From NCBI GenBank assembly GCA_964016885.1, contig OZ024743.1:325004001-325068000 (forward strand): DNA of 64,000 bases. Direction: 5' to 3'. Source of the stretch: Eledone cirrhosa (taxonomy: Eukaryota). Both the position numbers and the translations under genes were made by a program. Shown here one piece after another: positions 12,035 through 24,629 of this stretch. Below the pieces are notes generated by a model. It ran no database searches. It worked only from the letters and a program-made list of their open reading frames with translations, and was not told the origin of the DNA. Position 1 is the first letter of the stretch; each line of letters begins with the position of its first letter.

Positions 12035-14664
12035 TATTGAGATTTGTGGTTTGTTATTCTTGTCCAAAATAGATTCATTGGTAAATATACATAAATAGAT
12101 ATAGACTGATAGTCAGACAAACAGATAGATAGATAGTCAGATATGTTGGTAAGCTGAGAGGTAGGTAGGTTGGTGGATAGATAGGTAGGCACAGAAATAG
12201 AGAGAAAGACAGATAAATGTTATTATTTTTATTGTCCAAAGATATATAGATAGCTAAAGACTGCAACTGCTCGACCAGAACCACTACTGACCTGTGAACA
12301 CTGTGTGTGTGTGTGAGAGGTAGAGAGGAAGATAATCAAATTACCATTTCCCTAACAAATAGAGCATAAAGTGGTTGTCACATGAACTTTGAGTTTTATT
12401 ACAAAGATTATTATTATTATTATTATTAGCTATAATGGCAGTGGGTTGGAAGAATCATTAGAGTGTTGGATGATGTGCATTGCAGTATTTTGTTACAGCC
12501 TTCTACATTCTATTTCAAATCCTGCTGAGGTCAACTTTGTCATTTATCCTTCTGGATAAAGTTAAGTACTTATTTTAATTTAATCAACTTTCCCTTTCCC
12601 CTAAATTGCTGGCTTTGTATCAATGTTTGTATTAATTATTATCAACCATTGTTTACTGTACACACCCTTCACTTTCTCTCCTTTAGTCTGACACTCACTT
12701 TACCTGTTGCTGACATATTTCTTATTGAAATTATTATCATCATTTTATATCTGCTTTTCCTTGATTGGATTTTATGACCAACACCCACAGTCCATTATAT
12801 CATCAATCCCTTCACCCCACTATCACCAACTCCACCACACCCCAATATCACCAACTCCCACAGTCCACATGGGGCTAAGTTGATGCTCTGCATGTGACAA
12901 ACATTGATGGGCTTCTCAATCTATAGGAACTCCATATTTCTATTTACTCAGTCAGAGACAATGTCTGGGAAGGATTTAGATGTGTGTGTATGCACACATG
13001 TATGTGTATGTGTGTGTGTGCACTCAGGTGAGTGTGTCTGTATAAAGACATGATTATCTACTAAAAACTATGACTCACTCAATGATGTATGCCATGATAG
13101 TATGGACTGTTATTTGGCTTGAGGTTAAGGGACATGTGTAGCAAGCCCTCTTCTCTATTCCATCCCTTGACATTCTAACCCTTGATTTAACAGAACTTAG
13201 TATGTGGCAACTAAGAGAAGGGATGTACTAACACTGGAATGGTTCTTTATCCTCCTCAAAATGATGAAAGGTAAAGTCAACATCTGTGATATTGGGATTT
13301 GAACTCAGAACACAGTCAGAAAGAAATATTGCAAAATATGATATCCAATACTGTAAAGTGTTTATTAACCAATCATATTGTTGTGTGTGTTGCATCTCTG
13401 TTGGTTCCAATGATGTGTGTACCACTTATTCAAACAGCAGTACAGCCTGCTTGTGAAATTAACATACAAGTGACTGAGCATTCCACAGACATGTACCATT
13501 TATTCTCAGGGAGATTCAATGTGTGTATATGTGTGTTTAGTGAAAGCAAATGGTTTAGTTGTTACTGTTTGATTCCCATCAGTGTATTGTGTACTCCTTG
13601 AGCAAGCCACTTTATTTCACATGACTCCAGTTCACTTGGATAGCAAACATGTGGTGCACTTCTATTTCAAAAGACTAGCTTTGTCATACACAATGTGTCA
13701 TGCTGAATCTCCCTGAATATTACGTTAAGAGTACATGTGTCTGTGAAATGTTCAGCTACTTGCATGTTAGTTCCATGAGCTGGCTGTTTTGTTCAAGCCA
13801 GTGGAACACATGGAAGTCTAACACAGACACAAGCACATATGTTTGCTGATAATGTATTTTATTAATCTTGTTTGTCAATTTGCCATCTAATTAATATGAC
13901 TCTACCAAAGTATATTATTGTTTATTTTTGTGCAAGATTTCATATTAAGTATCTTGCCAAATATATGGAAGAAAAACAATATGAATATTTGTGTTTGTCT
14001 GTCTGCATATGTGTGTCTTTGTGTGCATGTCTATCTTTCTCGTAATTTCGAGTATATTTTTGACCAGCCTATGACAAGATTATAAAGATATATGTGTACG
14101 TGTGTGTGTCTGTGTGTAAAGTTTTCTACCACAAAACCATTGGTCTGGAATGGTCAGTTAATGATAGAAAATCTTTGGTGAATTTATCCCATTCTCTACA
14201 TGATTAATTTCTGTTTTATCCCTTTTTCCACTCATTTCATTACATATATATGGGGTAAAGACCCACTTCAGTCATGAATGACCATGGGATTTTCACTTAG
14301 AAAGTTCCCCTCCAAGGCACAATTTTGAACAATGTTGTTTGTGGAAGACCTGCAGTTGTCCATGCATACCATTCTCCCTTCTCCACACCACTGAACTTGT
14401 CCAATGGAAAGGTAAAGGCTGATACAGCTTGGCACCAGTTACGTCGCAACTCATTTCTACAGTTGAGTAAACTGGAGCAACGTGAAATAAAGTGTCTTGT
14501 TCAAGGGCACAACACACAGCCCGATTGCTAAGCCATGCATCTTCACAATTATATATATATTCATTCAGCTATATAGGGCATATATACCCTATATAGCTAT
14601 TCAGCTATATAGGGTATGTGGGGCATAGTCTGAAAATGGCTGGCTTAGAAAATTTATAGGTTAA

Positions 14665-14849
14665 CCCTTTAACATTCACATTACTCTATATATACTATTA
14701 TATTTTCATGATAAAGGCTTTACCTCGCATAATTATCTCACATAATATCGAATCTATGAGATTTTGAGAACAATACCTTAACATCAGTATGAGTGGCTAG
14801 TTTCAACAGAAAGAGGTAGAGAATTCTGGCCGGTTTGAACATTAAAGGG
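14665..14849. mobile_element. piggyBac-type MITE
   Basis: TTAA|CCCTTTAA...TTAAAGGG|TTAA. An inverted sister copy lies at 40248-40436. Confidence 0.82.
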
Positions 14850-15134
14850 TTAATGGAGGTTAAAACTCATCAATCTTATAGTAACCTGATGATATTTGTT
14901 TCATTGATAAGATTTCAGATCAGTATGTAGACACAAGCATGGAACTACCAATAACCCTGGCTGTATCTGGCCAGAATTCTTTCACCTCTTTCTGTTCAAA
15001 CCAGCCTATAACTGGCCACTCATACTGGTTTTAAGGTATTGTTCTCAAAATAAGTAATATCAAAATCTCATATATTCAATATTATGTGAGATAAAGCCTT
15101 TACCACGAAAATACACTAGTATGTATGAGTAATA

Positions 15135-15326
15135 ATAATTGTTTCTACTTTTGGATCAAGGCCAGCAAATACCCAGTACATTACTGGTACTTTATTTTAT
15201 CGACCCTGTAAGGATGAAAGGCAAAGTTGACCTCAGCGGGATTTGAACTCAGAATGGCAAGGGCCGTAACTCTATACGTCAAAGCATGGTGTCCGACTCT
15301 ACCGATACTGCCAATCCACCGCCCTT
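15135..15326 (-). mobile_element. Second tRNA-derived SINE family (representative copy)
   Basis: rc has B-box gagttcaaatcc and the block ttgcctttcatcct..gggtcgataaaataaagtaccag. Copies at ~18110-18262, 40960-41178 (-) and 31545-31725, 60135-60350 (+). Confidence 0.8.
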
Positions 15327-15334
15327 ATAATATA

Positions 15335-17330
15335 ATAATAAGAATTTAAATTATTGTGTACAGTGCTCAGGTACACAACTCGTCAAAGGTGCATGTATAG
15401 TGCATAGAATAATATACAAATGTCAGGGAACTGAATAGTGTATGAGTCATGATATATGTATGTGTATGGAGGGGGAACATTAGCTGTAGTGTTGGCGAAT
15501 CTCAGGAACCATGGAGGTTATAAAGGATGCAGTGTCTCGACAGCTAACAACTGATGCAGTTAGTTTGTTCCATGCTTCAGCAACTCTGAGTGTGAAAAAA
15601 TGTTTCCGAAAGTCATGGGAGCTGTGCTGTTTTCTGACTCTGTGGGCATGCCCACGTGTGTTAGACACATGGAAATCAAAAAGGTACTCACGGTTGTTGG
15701 CAAGATGGTTAATAATTTTGTGGGTGTTTACCAAGTCAGTTGCCAGACGTCGGAGCTTCAATGTATCCATGCCCAGGGAAGCAAGGCGCTCAGAGTATGG
15801 GAGATGCCTGATGGAGGGTATCGTATGGTTGCACGTCTCTGAACAGTTTCCAGGTGGTCAATGTTCTGAGCAAGATAGGGGTTCCAGACTGGTGATGCAA
15901 ATTCTAAGTGTGGCCACACCATAGCTATGTACAGCTTTATATAGATAGCTGGAGAGCGGCTGACAAAGGTCTTGCTGAGTGATGCTAAAACACCCTCGCA
16001 CTTGACAATTTTAGAGACGTGCTTCGTCCAACGCAAATCGCTACTGACAGTAATGCCCAGGTCACGTTCACAAGAAGACTTCTTAATATTAGTGTTGTGG
16101 AGGGAGTATGTGGACGCTGAGTTTTTACTCCCAAAATGCATGGTGGTGCGCTTGTCCACAGCTAGCTTGAGTTGCCAGTCTGTGATCCATTGTTGTATTG
16201 CGTCCGGATCAGATTGCAGGCAAGATCTATAGTGTTCAGGATCTGTCCTTTTTATCTCAAGGTACAGCTTGATGTCATCTGCATATTTCAGTACTGTGAC
16301 ATTCTTTAAGTTGGCATCTATGTCATTAATATATGCCACAAACAAAAGGGGGCCAAGAACAGATCCCTGTGGTACACCAGATGACATCTCATATGGTGAG
16401 GAATGCTGTCCTAGAACCGTGACTACCTCTCTTCAACTGAGAATGAAGGACTTCAACCAGTTAAAAAGATCATCCTTCACACCCATTGCAGAGAGTTTTG
16501 CCATAAGTCTTTTGTGTGGCACAGAATTGAAAGCTTTAGCAAAGTCAAGGTAAACAACATCCACCCATGAGCCGCCATCAGTGATCCGGGTGATGTCTTC
16601 AAGAAACTCGATAAGTTGATCACAGCAGCTGGAGTTGGGGATAAATCCAAATTGCGAGGGCCGGATAAGACTGTGAGAGTTCCAGAAGTTCCAAAGTGTT
16701 TCTCTGACACAGGATTCCATCAGTTTGGCAATGCAGCTAGTAAGACTGACTGGACGATAGTTGACAGGTGATGTGCGGTCACCCTTTTTGAACAGAGGAA
16801 TGACACAGGCAGTTTTCCACTGTTCTGAAGTAGCACCATTGTTCAGGCAGAATTGAAAGCAGCGTGATAGCTGGTGCAGAAGGAAGTATCCACCACGTTT
16901 AAGAAGCAGGTACGTAACACCATCAAGACCAGGAGAGGCATGGTTGCGTTTATTTTTAAGGTGACATTGCAGGTGGAAATTCTATAGTTGTAATAGAATC
17001 CGGTGTCATAGGTGGTGGAGACGGTACACTCTGGTCTTCAATAGTGAAAATGCCTGCATAGCATTCAGCAATGAGCTCTGTGCATTCCTTGGGGTTGTCA
17101 GTAACCTGGCTTGTGTGGCGATTGCGAAGAGGAGCAACTGGAGAGTGAGGCCTCTGCTTTGAGTGAACATACTTCCAGAACACTTTACTATCAGCGCTGG
17201 TTGCTATGCGCTGCTCAAATTGAAGCACTGCCTCTTTTGTCACCTGTTTGAGATGGTTGGATGATTTATTTCGCCTCTTCCTATTGATATCTTTATGCAG
17301 TTTGTATTCACATTCAGCATTACAACGTTC
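15335..17330 (-). mobile_element. CR1-group LINE, 5'-truncated, frameshifted RT plus 3' UTR
   Basis: YLDFAKAFNSVPH, SGVPQGSVLGPLLF, YADDIKL, PHLEFASPVWNPY, RKHFFTLRVAEAWNKL spread over several broken ORFs. Confidence 0.93.
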
Positions 17331-18688
17331 CTTTCTGGCAAGAGGGACTGCTGCAGTCTCCCAAATTGCACTTTAATGCAAATGTTAAAAAGTTAAAATC
17401 AACTATGTAGCCACCTAGAGTGAACTACGCAGACAGTCATGTTACTGAATCTTAAAGGATCACAGTGTTATACAAATGTGTATGATGATATTAAATATAT
17501 AATTAAATGTTATCACCAAGTAAATCACTAAATATCTTTGCTGCGTAGAAACGTGGAAAAATCCAGTGCTGGAGAGGGTCATATGGTGTTCTGACTTGTC
17601 ACACAATTTGGTGTAGACTGTAGTGGTCGATGCAAGCTTCATATTTTTTGTGTGATCAAAGCAAAAAGTGTCAAAATCTATGTTCATCAGCTTGCAAAAC
17701 TGTTAGTTGAAATTATTTTATTTGGAAGAAGGAGGTGCACATTGTAGAGATAGCCTATGGCTCTTAATACTCAGGCACCATCTCTATATAGATGGACGTA
17801 TTTATATATTGTAATGTGCTTAATACAACAAAGGATGAACTGAGAGAGAAACTTGGTATAAGAGGAATCAGATGTAGTGCAAAACAGAGAAGACTGTACT
17901 GGTATGGACATGTGATGCACTTAGATGATGATTGCTGGGTAAAGAAGTGCCAAGAAATCCCAGGAGGAGGGAGGGAATCCATAGTAGAAGAAGACCTGGG
18001 TGTAGGTGGTGAGAGTAAGGGGATGCTCTATCCCTACTCCCCACTCTATTTCTATTGTTGTAAGGATCGTAACTAGACAGCACACATATCTGATACTTTC
18101 CTTCATTCATATAATTGTTTCTACGTTTGGCACAAGGCTAGCAATTACCCAGTGCATTACTGGTACTTTATTTTATCGACCCCGTAAGGATGAAAGGCAA
18201 AGTTAACCTCGGCGGGATTTGCATGGCGTCCGACCCTCTACCGATACTGCCAATCCACCACCTTCATTCATATAATTATGTCAAACACTCTCTGGAGGTT
18301 GGACATAGATAACTACACCAACTACATGTTATTTATTTGTCAAAGCTCTTTACTAAATTAACTGATAAATGGATTAGTTACCTAACTAATAATTAATACT
18401 AAAGTGAAATTGAACTGTGCATGTGTTTATATTGGCAGCATGACTCTACCAAAATATAACAATATCCCTTTCAACACACCATTTCACACCAAGAATTTTG
18501 TAAAATAAAAGATGGTGAAGTAGTTAATTAATTCATGGTTTTACCATTGTTTCAGAGAGCAAAATTTATCAATGTGCAGGCTAATTGATGGTAGTTAAGC
18601 AACTCCATATAATTAGCCCCAGGAAAACATATATGGTACTGTTAGCAATGCAAGTATATACATACATATATATATATATCTTTGTGTA

Positions 18689-20057
18689 TCTATACTATAA
18701 AGCTGACGGCCGTATGTAGGTAACAAACTTTCCGCTAAACGGCTGGACCAAATTTGCACCATAGATGTAACTTTTTCCAAGTAAAAAACTGAGGGTATAT
18801 TTGTCTACTGAATTTTGTTAAAAGATTAAAGACATTATTTAAATATTCATTTCGTTAAAATTTCAAATGTCAACACTTCCAGTTATACATCATTCTTCAC
18901 TTTTTCTTATGACGTCGCACAACATTCCCCTCTTTTTCTTAGTCTGCCTTCTTACATAGATACTGTATGTCTGGCTGTCTGCATTAGATAACGTTTTTCG
19001 AAATATTTACTTCTGCGTTCACAGACGGATTTTTTTAGTTTCAGAAGATCCCGTTAAGGGTGAAAGCAGCGATTCTTTGCTTAAACTTTAATCTGCTATT
19101 TTAATATATATATCCGTGTACAGATATTTTTGCATACACAAAAACAAAAACCTATTTATTTCACGAAAGCACAAATGGCTTATCGTCATTGTTACTGTTC
19201 GAGGGTAGAGGACCACGTCTTTCCAAGATCTGAGAACCATCAATGGCCATCAATGTTCCACTTACCATTTGGCTTGCCAGATGCGTGGTTTGTTACACAA
19301 TGACAGCCATTCACACCTCACCCTGCAAGAAGCAGCTACTGGTAAAGTCCCTTCTCAGCTGCAAAAACTTTTTGCTATTATGCTGCACAACTGCGATCTC
19401 GCCAACCTTCTCGCACTGTGGAACAACCACCGCAAAAGTCTAGCTGAGGACATCCTCCACCGCACACGCAGACACAATCCAAACGTAACATACGATGTCG
19501 TTTTCATGAGGCTCTCATTTGTCTTGAAAACAGTGTCCTGGAGATCGGTGGTAGGCCTCTAAGTCACTACAGCTTACCTGCTCCTGATAGAAGTGTCCAG
19601 AGGTCAACATCTACAGAGCTTTTCCGCGAGACGAGCTTCGAAATCAGTGATTCTCCCATGGTCAATTGTATGTAGGATGCTCTAGGGTGAGCTCGCCAAA
19701 CAATCTCTTCATCTTTGCTCCGGAGGGTGGAACAAAAAATATTGTATACTCTGAGGCTCTAACAATGTAATTTAAATATTTTCTGTTACTTGGAATTTCC
19801 ATTATGGTTGTACAAATTATTGTTTGTTAAAAAATGTGTTCTCTGTTCAGCATTTATTGTTGAAACTATCAATTTTCTTTAACATACTGGCTGCTGAACT
19901 GGGGAATCCTAAAAACTATTCAAGCCCAACATCAGAGCACGTTAAACCCCCCCCCCCCCTCGCTGACTTGACAGGGCGTGCAGTATTTTTGCACTGGAGT
20001 GTAGGGGGGATTCCTGAAAAGATAAAATGGTGGTATACCTAGCCGGGCGCCAGCTAG
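18689..20057 (+). mobile_element. Internally deleted Helitron with both termini
   Basis: 5' A|TCTATACTATAAA and 3' GCCGGGCGCCAGCTAG|T. RepHel remnants TSFQDLRTINGHQCSTYHLACQMRGLLHND...LALWNNHRKSLAEDIL and the PIF1-helicase end FSHGQLYVGCSRV...TKNIVYSEAL. Confidence 0.9.
19037..19087 (+). ncRNA. Hammerhead-like motif (U4>A core change) inside the Helitron
   Basis: agttt CAGAAGA t-ccc-gttaa-ggg-t GAAA gca-gcgattctt-tgc TT aaact; all three stems pair. Confidence 0.65.
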
Positions 20058-21089
20058 TATATATATATAATGTGACTGGGTGTTATTTACTAGATAATAC
20101 ATTAATAGATGCTGAGTAGTGTCTAATTACATTCTGCCATTGAATTGTATTGATGTCAATGCTACAAATACCAGAGAAGTAGAAGCCAACAAAGGGGCCT
20201 TTATATACTCACTTGACTTGCTAAATCTCTCTTAAACCACACCCTACTCTCTTTAAAATAACAATATTTTTTACCATAGTTTTCATAATATGAAGTAACT
20301 TGAAGCTACACAACAATACTAACTACTAGTCAACTACTCTTAGGACCAAAATAATAGGAGAGGGGAAACGATCATTTTTCTAGGTTTTCGAGAGATAGTT
20401 TAGCAAAATTTGATAAGTGGGTGGAAAAATTAGAATATTAATAAGCAGTGGTTGTGGGAGCATTATTCAAGAGTACAGAGAAGATAAGTCACTTGGGGGG
20501 GCGGGGGGGTTACATCACTCAGTTGACCACTATCTGGCCCTTGGATGCCTTTAGGGAGATTTGGGACCACACTCCAGATTGTATATCCGATCTAATTATA
20601 CAGATTATAAAAGAGTATAAAACTGCAGAGGTGTGCATCTATAGGCAGCTACCTAGTTGGCCTTAATGGTAGCACTAGTCATGGGTTTAAGGAGACCTTT
20701 CTGCTTCTCTTCCACCAGACGTAGAGGCCTTAAAAGTACCAGGGCTTTTGACCTTCCATCCCTGATTAATCTACAAAAAAAGCAACATTTAGTACGATGC
20801 TCTACTGCTTCCACTGTTTCATGAACATTTCTAACATAGACATAAGGTTTGCAATTTTAGAAGGAAGGGGTGAAAAGTCGATTAAATCGCCCCAGTACTT
20901 AATTGGTGTAGATCCCGGGAGGGGCAAAGTTAACCTCGGGTGGATTTCAACATCTTACAGAGCTTAAACATATTTTGCTCAGTGTTCTGACTATTCTGCC
21001 AGTCCACAACTATCTCCACTGTTCCGACAAACGAATGTGCTAATTGATTTGATCAACGAAACACTAGCTCATGATATTAACGTGCAAGT

Positions 21090-21310
21090 GCCTCGCCATC
21101 ACCCGAGGCAACGCTGCGAGTGTGCTGGCTTGCCTCAAAAACCATTAGAGAGGTTGCCCAGTACTCATCGCGACGTTGCTGTCTTTTGCTCTGGTGTTGG
21201 CTCCGTTGTTCACCCCTTCCTTTACGTTTTCTTTAGTGCTGCAACGTTGAAAGAATGTATCTTTCTGAATGAATCGCGAGCTATTTGTAGTGTTATCGAA
21301 GCATTTGTAA
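21090..21310 (+). promoter_or_regulatory. CpG-enriched segment, candidate promoter or non-coding first exon of the C19orf25-like gene
   Basis: Local CpG excess with two TCGCGA motifs ~600 bp upstream of the ATG. The ATG directly follows a possible acceptor (ctctag c ATG). Confidence 0.35.
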
Positions 21311-21858
21311 TGTTATTTATGTATATATTTAAAACATATTTGTTATGTTATTCTACTGTACATCTATTTATATGCTCTGTTTATATTTTCATTCTGAAAG
21401 AATTGCAAACGATTTGTAATGTTATTTATGAAATAAATGTATCTAGTGGATGAACGTTTCTCAGAAACGAGAACCCTTAAAATAATTCTTTGAGAGACTT
21501 AACGTGACAGCGTATGTGATAAAGTTGACCATTTAAATTGCAGACACAACTTTTTTTTTTCCATTTGAGTAAACTGGAACAACGTGAAATGAATTGTCTT
21601 ACTCATGGACAGAGTGCGCATAGCCACACGATCGTGAGCCGAGCGCCCTAACCACTAAGCCAACGTGGAGCAATATAAAATAAATATTTTGCTCATAACA
21701 GCAATGCGAATTTGTCTTTTATACTTATCTGCCCCTGATTCTTTATCTCCTCCCCATCCTTTCATTATTGTCATTACTGTAATCGGTGTAAACAACCGAC
21801 AGAGGTCAGTAGTAACCATTCATTTTCCACTCCCACCACACATGTAATTAACTCTAGC

Positions 21859-22003
21859 ATGTCAATTAGAGAGAAAATGAAGCCAGTTATCGAACTCAGA
21901 CCACAACGACCACCAATTGCTGAGATTATTGCTGACCTGGAATCAGCTTCTGCAGACGACGTTGTATTTGGACTGTTAGCAGATAATTCTGAATTAATGG
22001 ACG
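21859..22003 (+). CDS. C19orf25: UPF0449 family (C19orf25-like) protein, first coding exon
   Basis: MSIREKMKPVIELRPQRPPIAEIIADLESASADDVVF resembles the UPF0449 N-terminal motif (LPTRPAPPTVEQILEDV...AEDPVF). Donor G|GTAAGC, phase 1. Confidence 0.82.
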
Positions 22004-22224
22004 GTAAGCAATCACATAGAAAACTATATATTTGGTCTTTGCCATATGTATAATTATATATAATATAATATACATATGTATATTTAATTGGCAGTAGTAT
22101 GTATATTATTATATACACAGTTGTTTTATATTATATATATATATATATAAACACGTACACAAGTGTGTATAGGTGTTTTATATTTTATGTATATATATAT
22201 AAATTACATAGATGTTTTATATTT

Positions 22225-22260
<36 letters not shown>

Positions 22261-22634
22261 TTTTTATATCTATATATAAACGACTACAATATATACATAT
22301 GTATGATCACATACGTGTTTCTATGTCTATATGTATATATTCACATATATCTTCATTGGTTTGTTATTGTCGCTATTTATATATTTTTCTTGTCATTACA
22401 TAAACATTTCTAGACGTAAATGTCTTCTTCACCCACACGACACTTGCGAATACCTGGACCCACACATTTATGTAATAAACAAAATAAAAACATGAACACC
22501 TGGATGAATCGATACCAATTTACTTATTTTGATAATTGTTTCTACTTTAGGCACAAGGCCAGCAATCAACCAGTGCATTACTGGTACTTATTTTGATAAT
22601 GTTGTTAAGAGAGTCACGTACGTTATAATATTCG

Positions 22635-22673
<39 letters not shown>

Positions 22674-23999
22674 GTATATATCTGTGTTCGTTTTTCTTTT
22701 ATATTCAATTTTAATATACGGCTCGGAAAAATCTCTTTCCTAGGGCTATTTTATTGTAAGAGACTATTTTTAGTTTCTAACTCAATATATACCTTTGATA
22801 TATATATATATCAAAGGTATATATTGAGTTAAAGATACGTTAAACCTTGGTGATCCTTTCATTATATATATATATATATCAAAGGTATATATTGAGTTAG
22901 AAACTCAATATAGTCTCTTACAATAAAATAGCCCTAGGAAAGAGATTTTTCCGAGCCGTATATTAAAATTGAATATAAAAGAAAAACGAACACAGATATA
23001 TACATATGTGTTCAAATCGTAAGGGACCAGATTCGCTAAGGTGAAAAGAATAATAACTATTATGTGTTCGTTTTTCTTTTATATTCAATTATATATATAT
23101 AAACTCGAATATTATAACGTACGTTAAACCTTGGTGATCCTTTCATTATATACTCTTTTAACTGTTCCAGCCATCCGGCTGAGGCCATGCTGGGGCACGG
23201 CCATTTAATTATATATATAATTATATATATATATATATAATGAAAGGATCACCAAGGTTTAACGCATCATTTATATATATAGTAGAATGGTGTTTTATAT
23301 ATAGTATATATAGTGTTTTATATATACTTCCTGCCGAGGGTACTTAATTGTATTTTATTGCGCGAGGGAGGGGGGGGGGATTCACGGAGCTAGTTTTGTT
23401 TCGTTCAGTTACGAAATGGGCTTTCCACCATTTCATCGTTGAATGAAACAGAACTATTCACGTAAAAGTCACCTTTCTGTGATATATATATATAGAACAA
23501 TATGGAGAAAATGGTGTTCTTAATATAGAAAGTAGTTATATTATATTTCTTGTGAACCGAAAACTTCACAAATATTTAGTCACGGTTTACTTCCAATCTT
23601 CAGATGATAGATTGGAAGCGAGAAATACGGAGCAACAATTGGTGTGTATGTGTGCATTGCATGGTAGGGTGGTTAATGAGTTTGCTTCCTAACCATATGG
23701 TTCGAAGTTCAGTCCTGTTGCGTGGTATATTGGACTAGTATCTTCTACAATTGCCTTGGATTGCCTTATGCCTTGGAATTTGGTAGATAGAAATTATGTA
23801 TATATAAACAGTTTTATTCACAGTTGTATAAATAACATTACAAATTGTTCACAATTCTTTCAGAATGAAAATATTAACACATATAATTGTTTCTACTATT
23901 GGCACAAGGCCAGCAAAAACCCAGTACATTACTGGTACTTTATTTTATCGACCCCGTAAGGATGAAAGGCAAAGTTAACCTCGATGCAATTAATTATTG

Positions 24000-24365
24000 C
24001 TAGGAACCTTACTATCCAAAAGTGATGGGAAGAGATCAGACTGCGTTACCCTTTGTCCCTGGATAAGAGGCAGGTGTCTCATCTGGGACGCTACAATCAG
24101 TGACTCTTTTGCTCCCTCCCATATCATGGATGTCGTGGTAAGTGTGAGGGTCACCACTTCCGAACGGAATAAAATCCCAAAATACCGGGAAATATCAAAG
24201 GTTTTTTCCAGCCTGTCACGTTCGAGAAGTTTGGTGGAGTTGGGCCGCTGACAGCGAAGTTCTTGTCACCGTTGGTGTCAGGTGATGCTCGTGAGGGTGC
24301 CTGGTTGTTTCAGCATCTTAGCCTCGCTATCACCCGCGATAATTCTGCGAGCGTATTGGCTTTCC
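24000..24365 (+). mobile_element. CRE-like non-LTR retrotransposon, degenerate restriction-like endonuclease 3' fragment
   Basis: SDGKRSDCVTLCPWIRGRCLIWDATISDSFAPSH...KIPKY, then in shifted frames FQPVTFEKFGGVGP and LFQHLSLAITRDNSA (consensus DGKRPDG..PW..G..L.WD.T..D / LFQRLSLAIQRGNA). Confidence 0.8.
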
Positions 24366-24576
24366 CCAAAAATGTTCATCGTGTGGCCGATTATCGTTTT
24401 TGTTTCCTTTTTTTTTTCTTTCTCTCGCTTTGATCGTACGTTTTGGTGCGTTGTATTTGTAAGGTTCCTAGCAATAGTTAAATGTATTTATTATATGTGT
24501 TTATATTTTCATCGTATATATACGTGAGAATGAGTACTCAATACCGAAGTAGAGTTTAGATAGTCATCAGGATCAT

Positions 24577-24629
24577 GTCTTGTCTGATGATCCTCTGAGT
24601 ACGCAGGTGAAACTCCAGAGTAACAAGGC
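24577..24629 (+). ncRNA. Type I hammerhead ribozyme
   Basis: gtcttgt CTGATGA tcctctgagtacgcaggt GAAA ctc-ca-gag TA acaaggc; AATAAA follows. Confidence 0.8.

Noticed and set aside
13430-13790. Inverted repeat pair
   Set aside because: Two oppositely oriented copies of a common SINE tail, also seen at ~31900, 57700 and 61280; no HHR and no (TA)n flanks.
21037-21453. 138-aa ORF upstream of the C19orf25-like gene
   Set aside because: Non-ATG start, begins in a SINE remnant, ends in low-complexity AT-rich sequence, and has no recognisable homology.
23571-23625. Possible hammerhead (CTGAAGA on the - strand in a small hairpin)
   Set aside because: No GAAA and no UH site or stem I in the right register.
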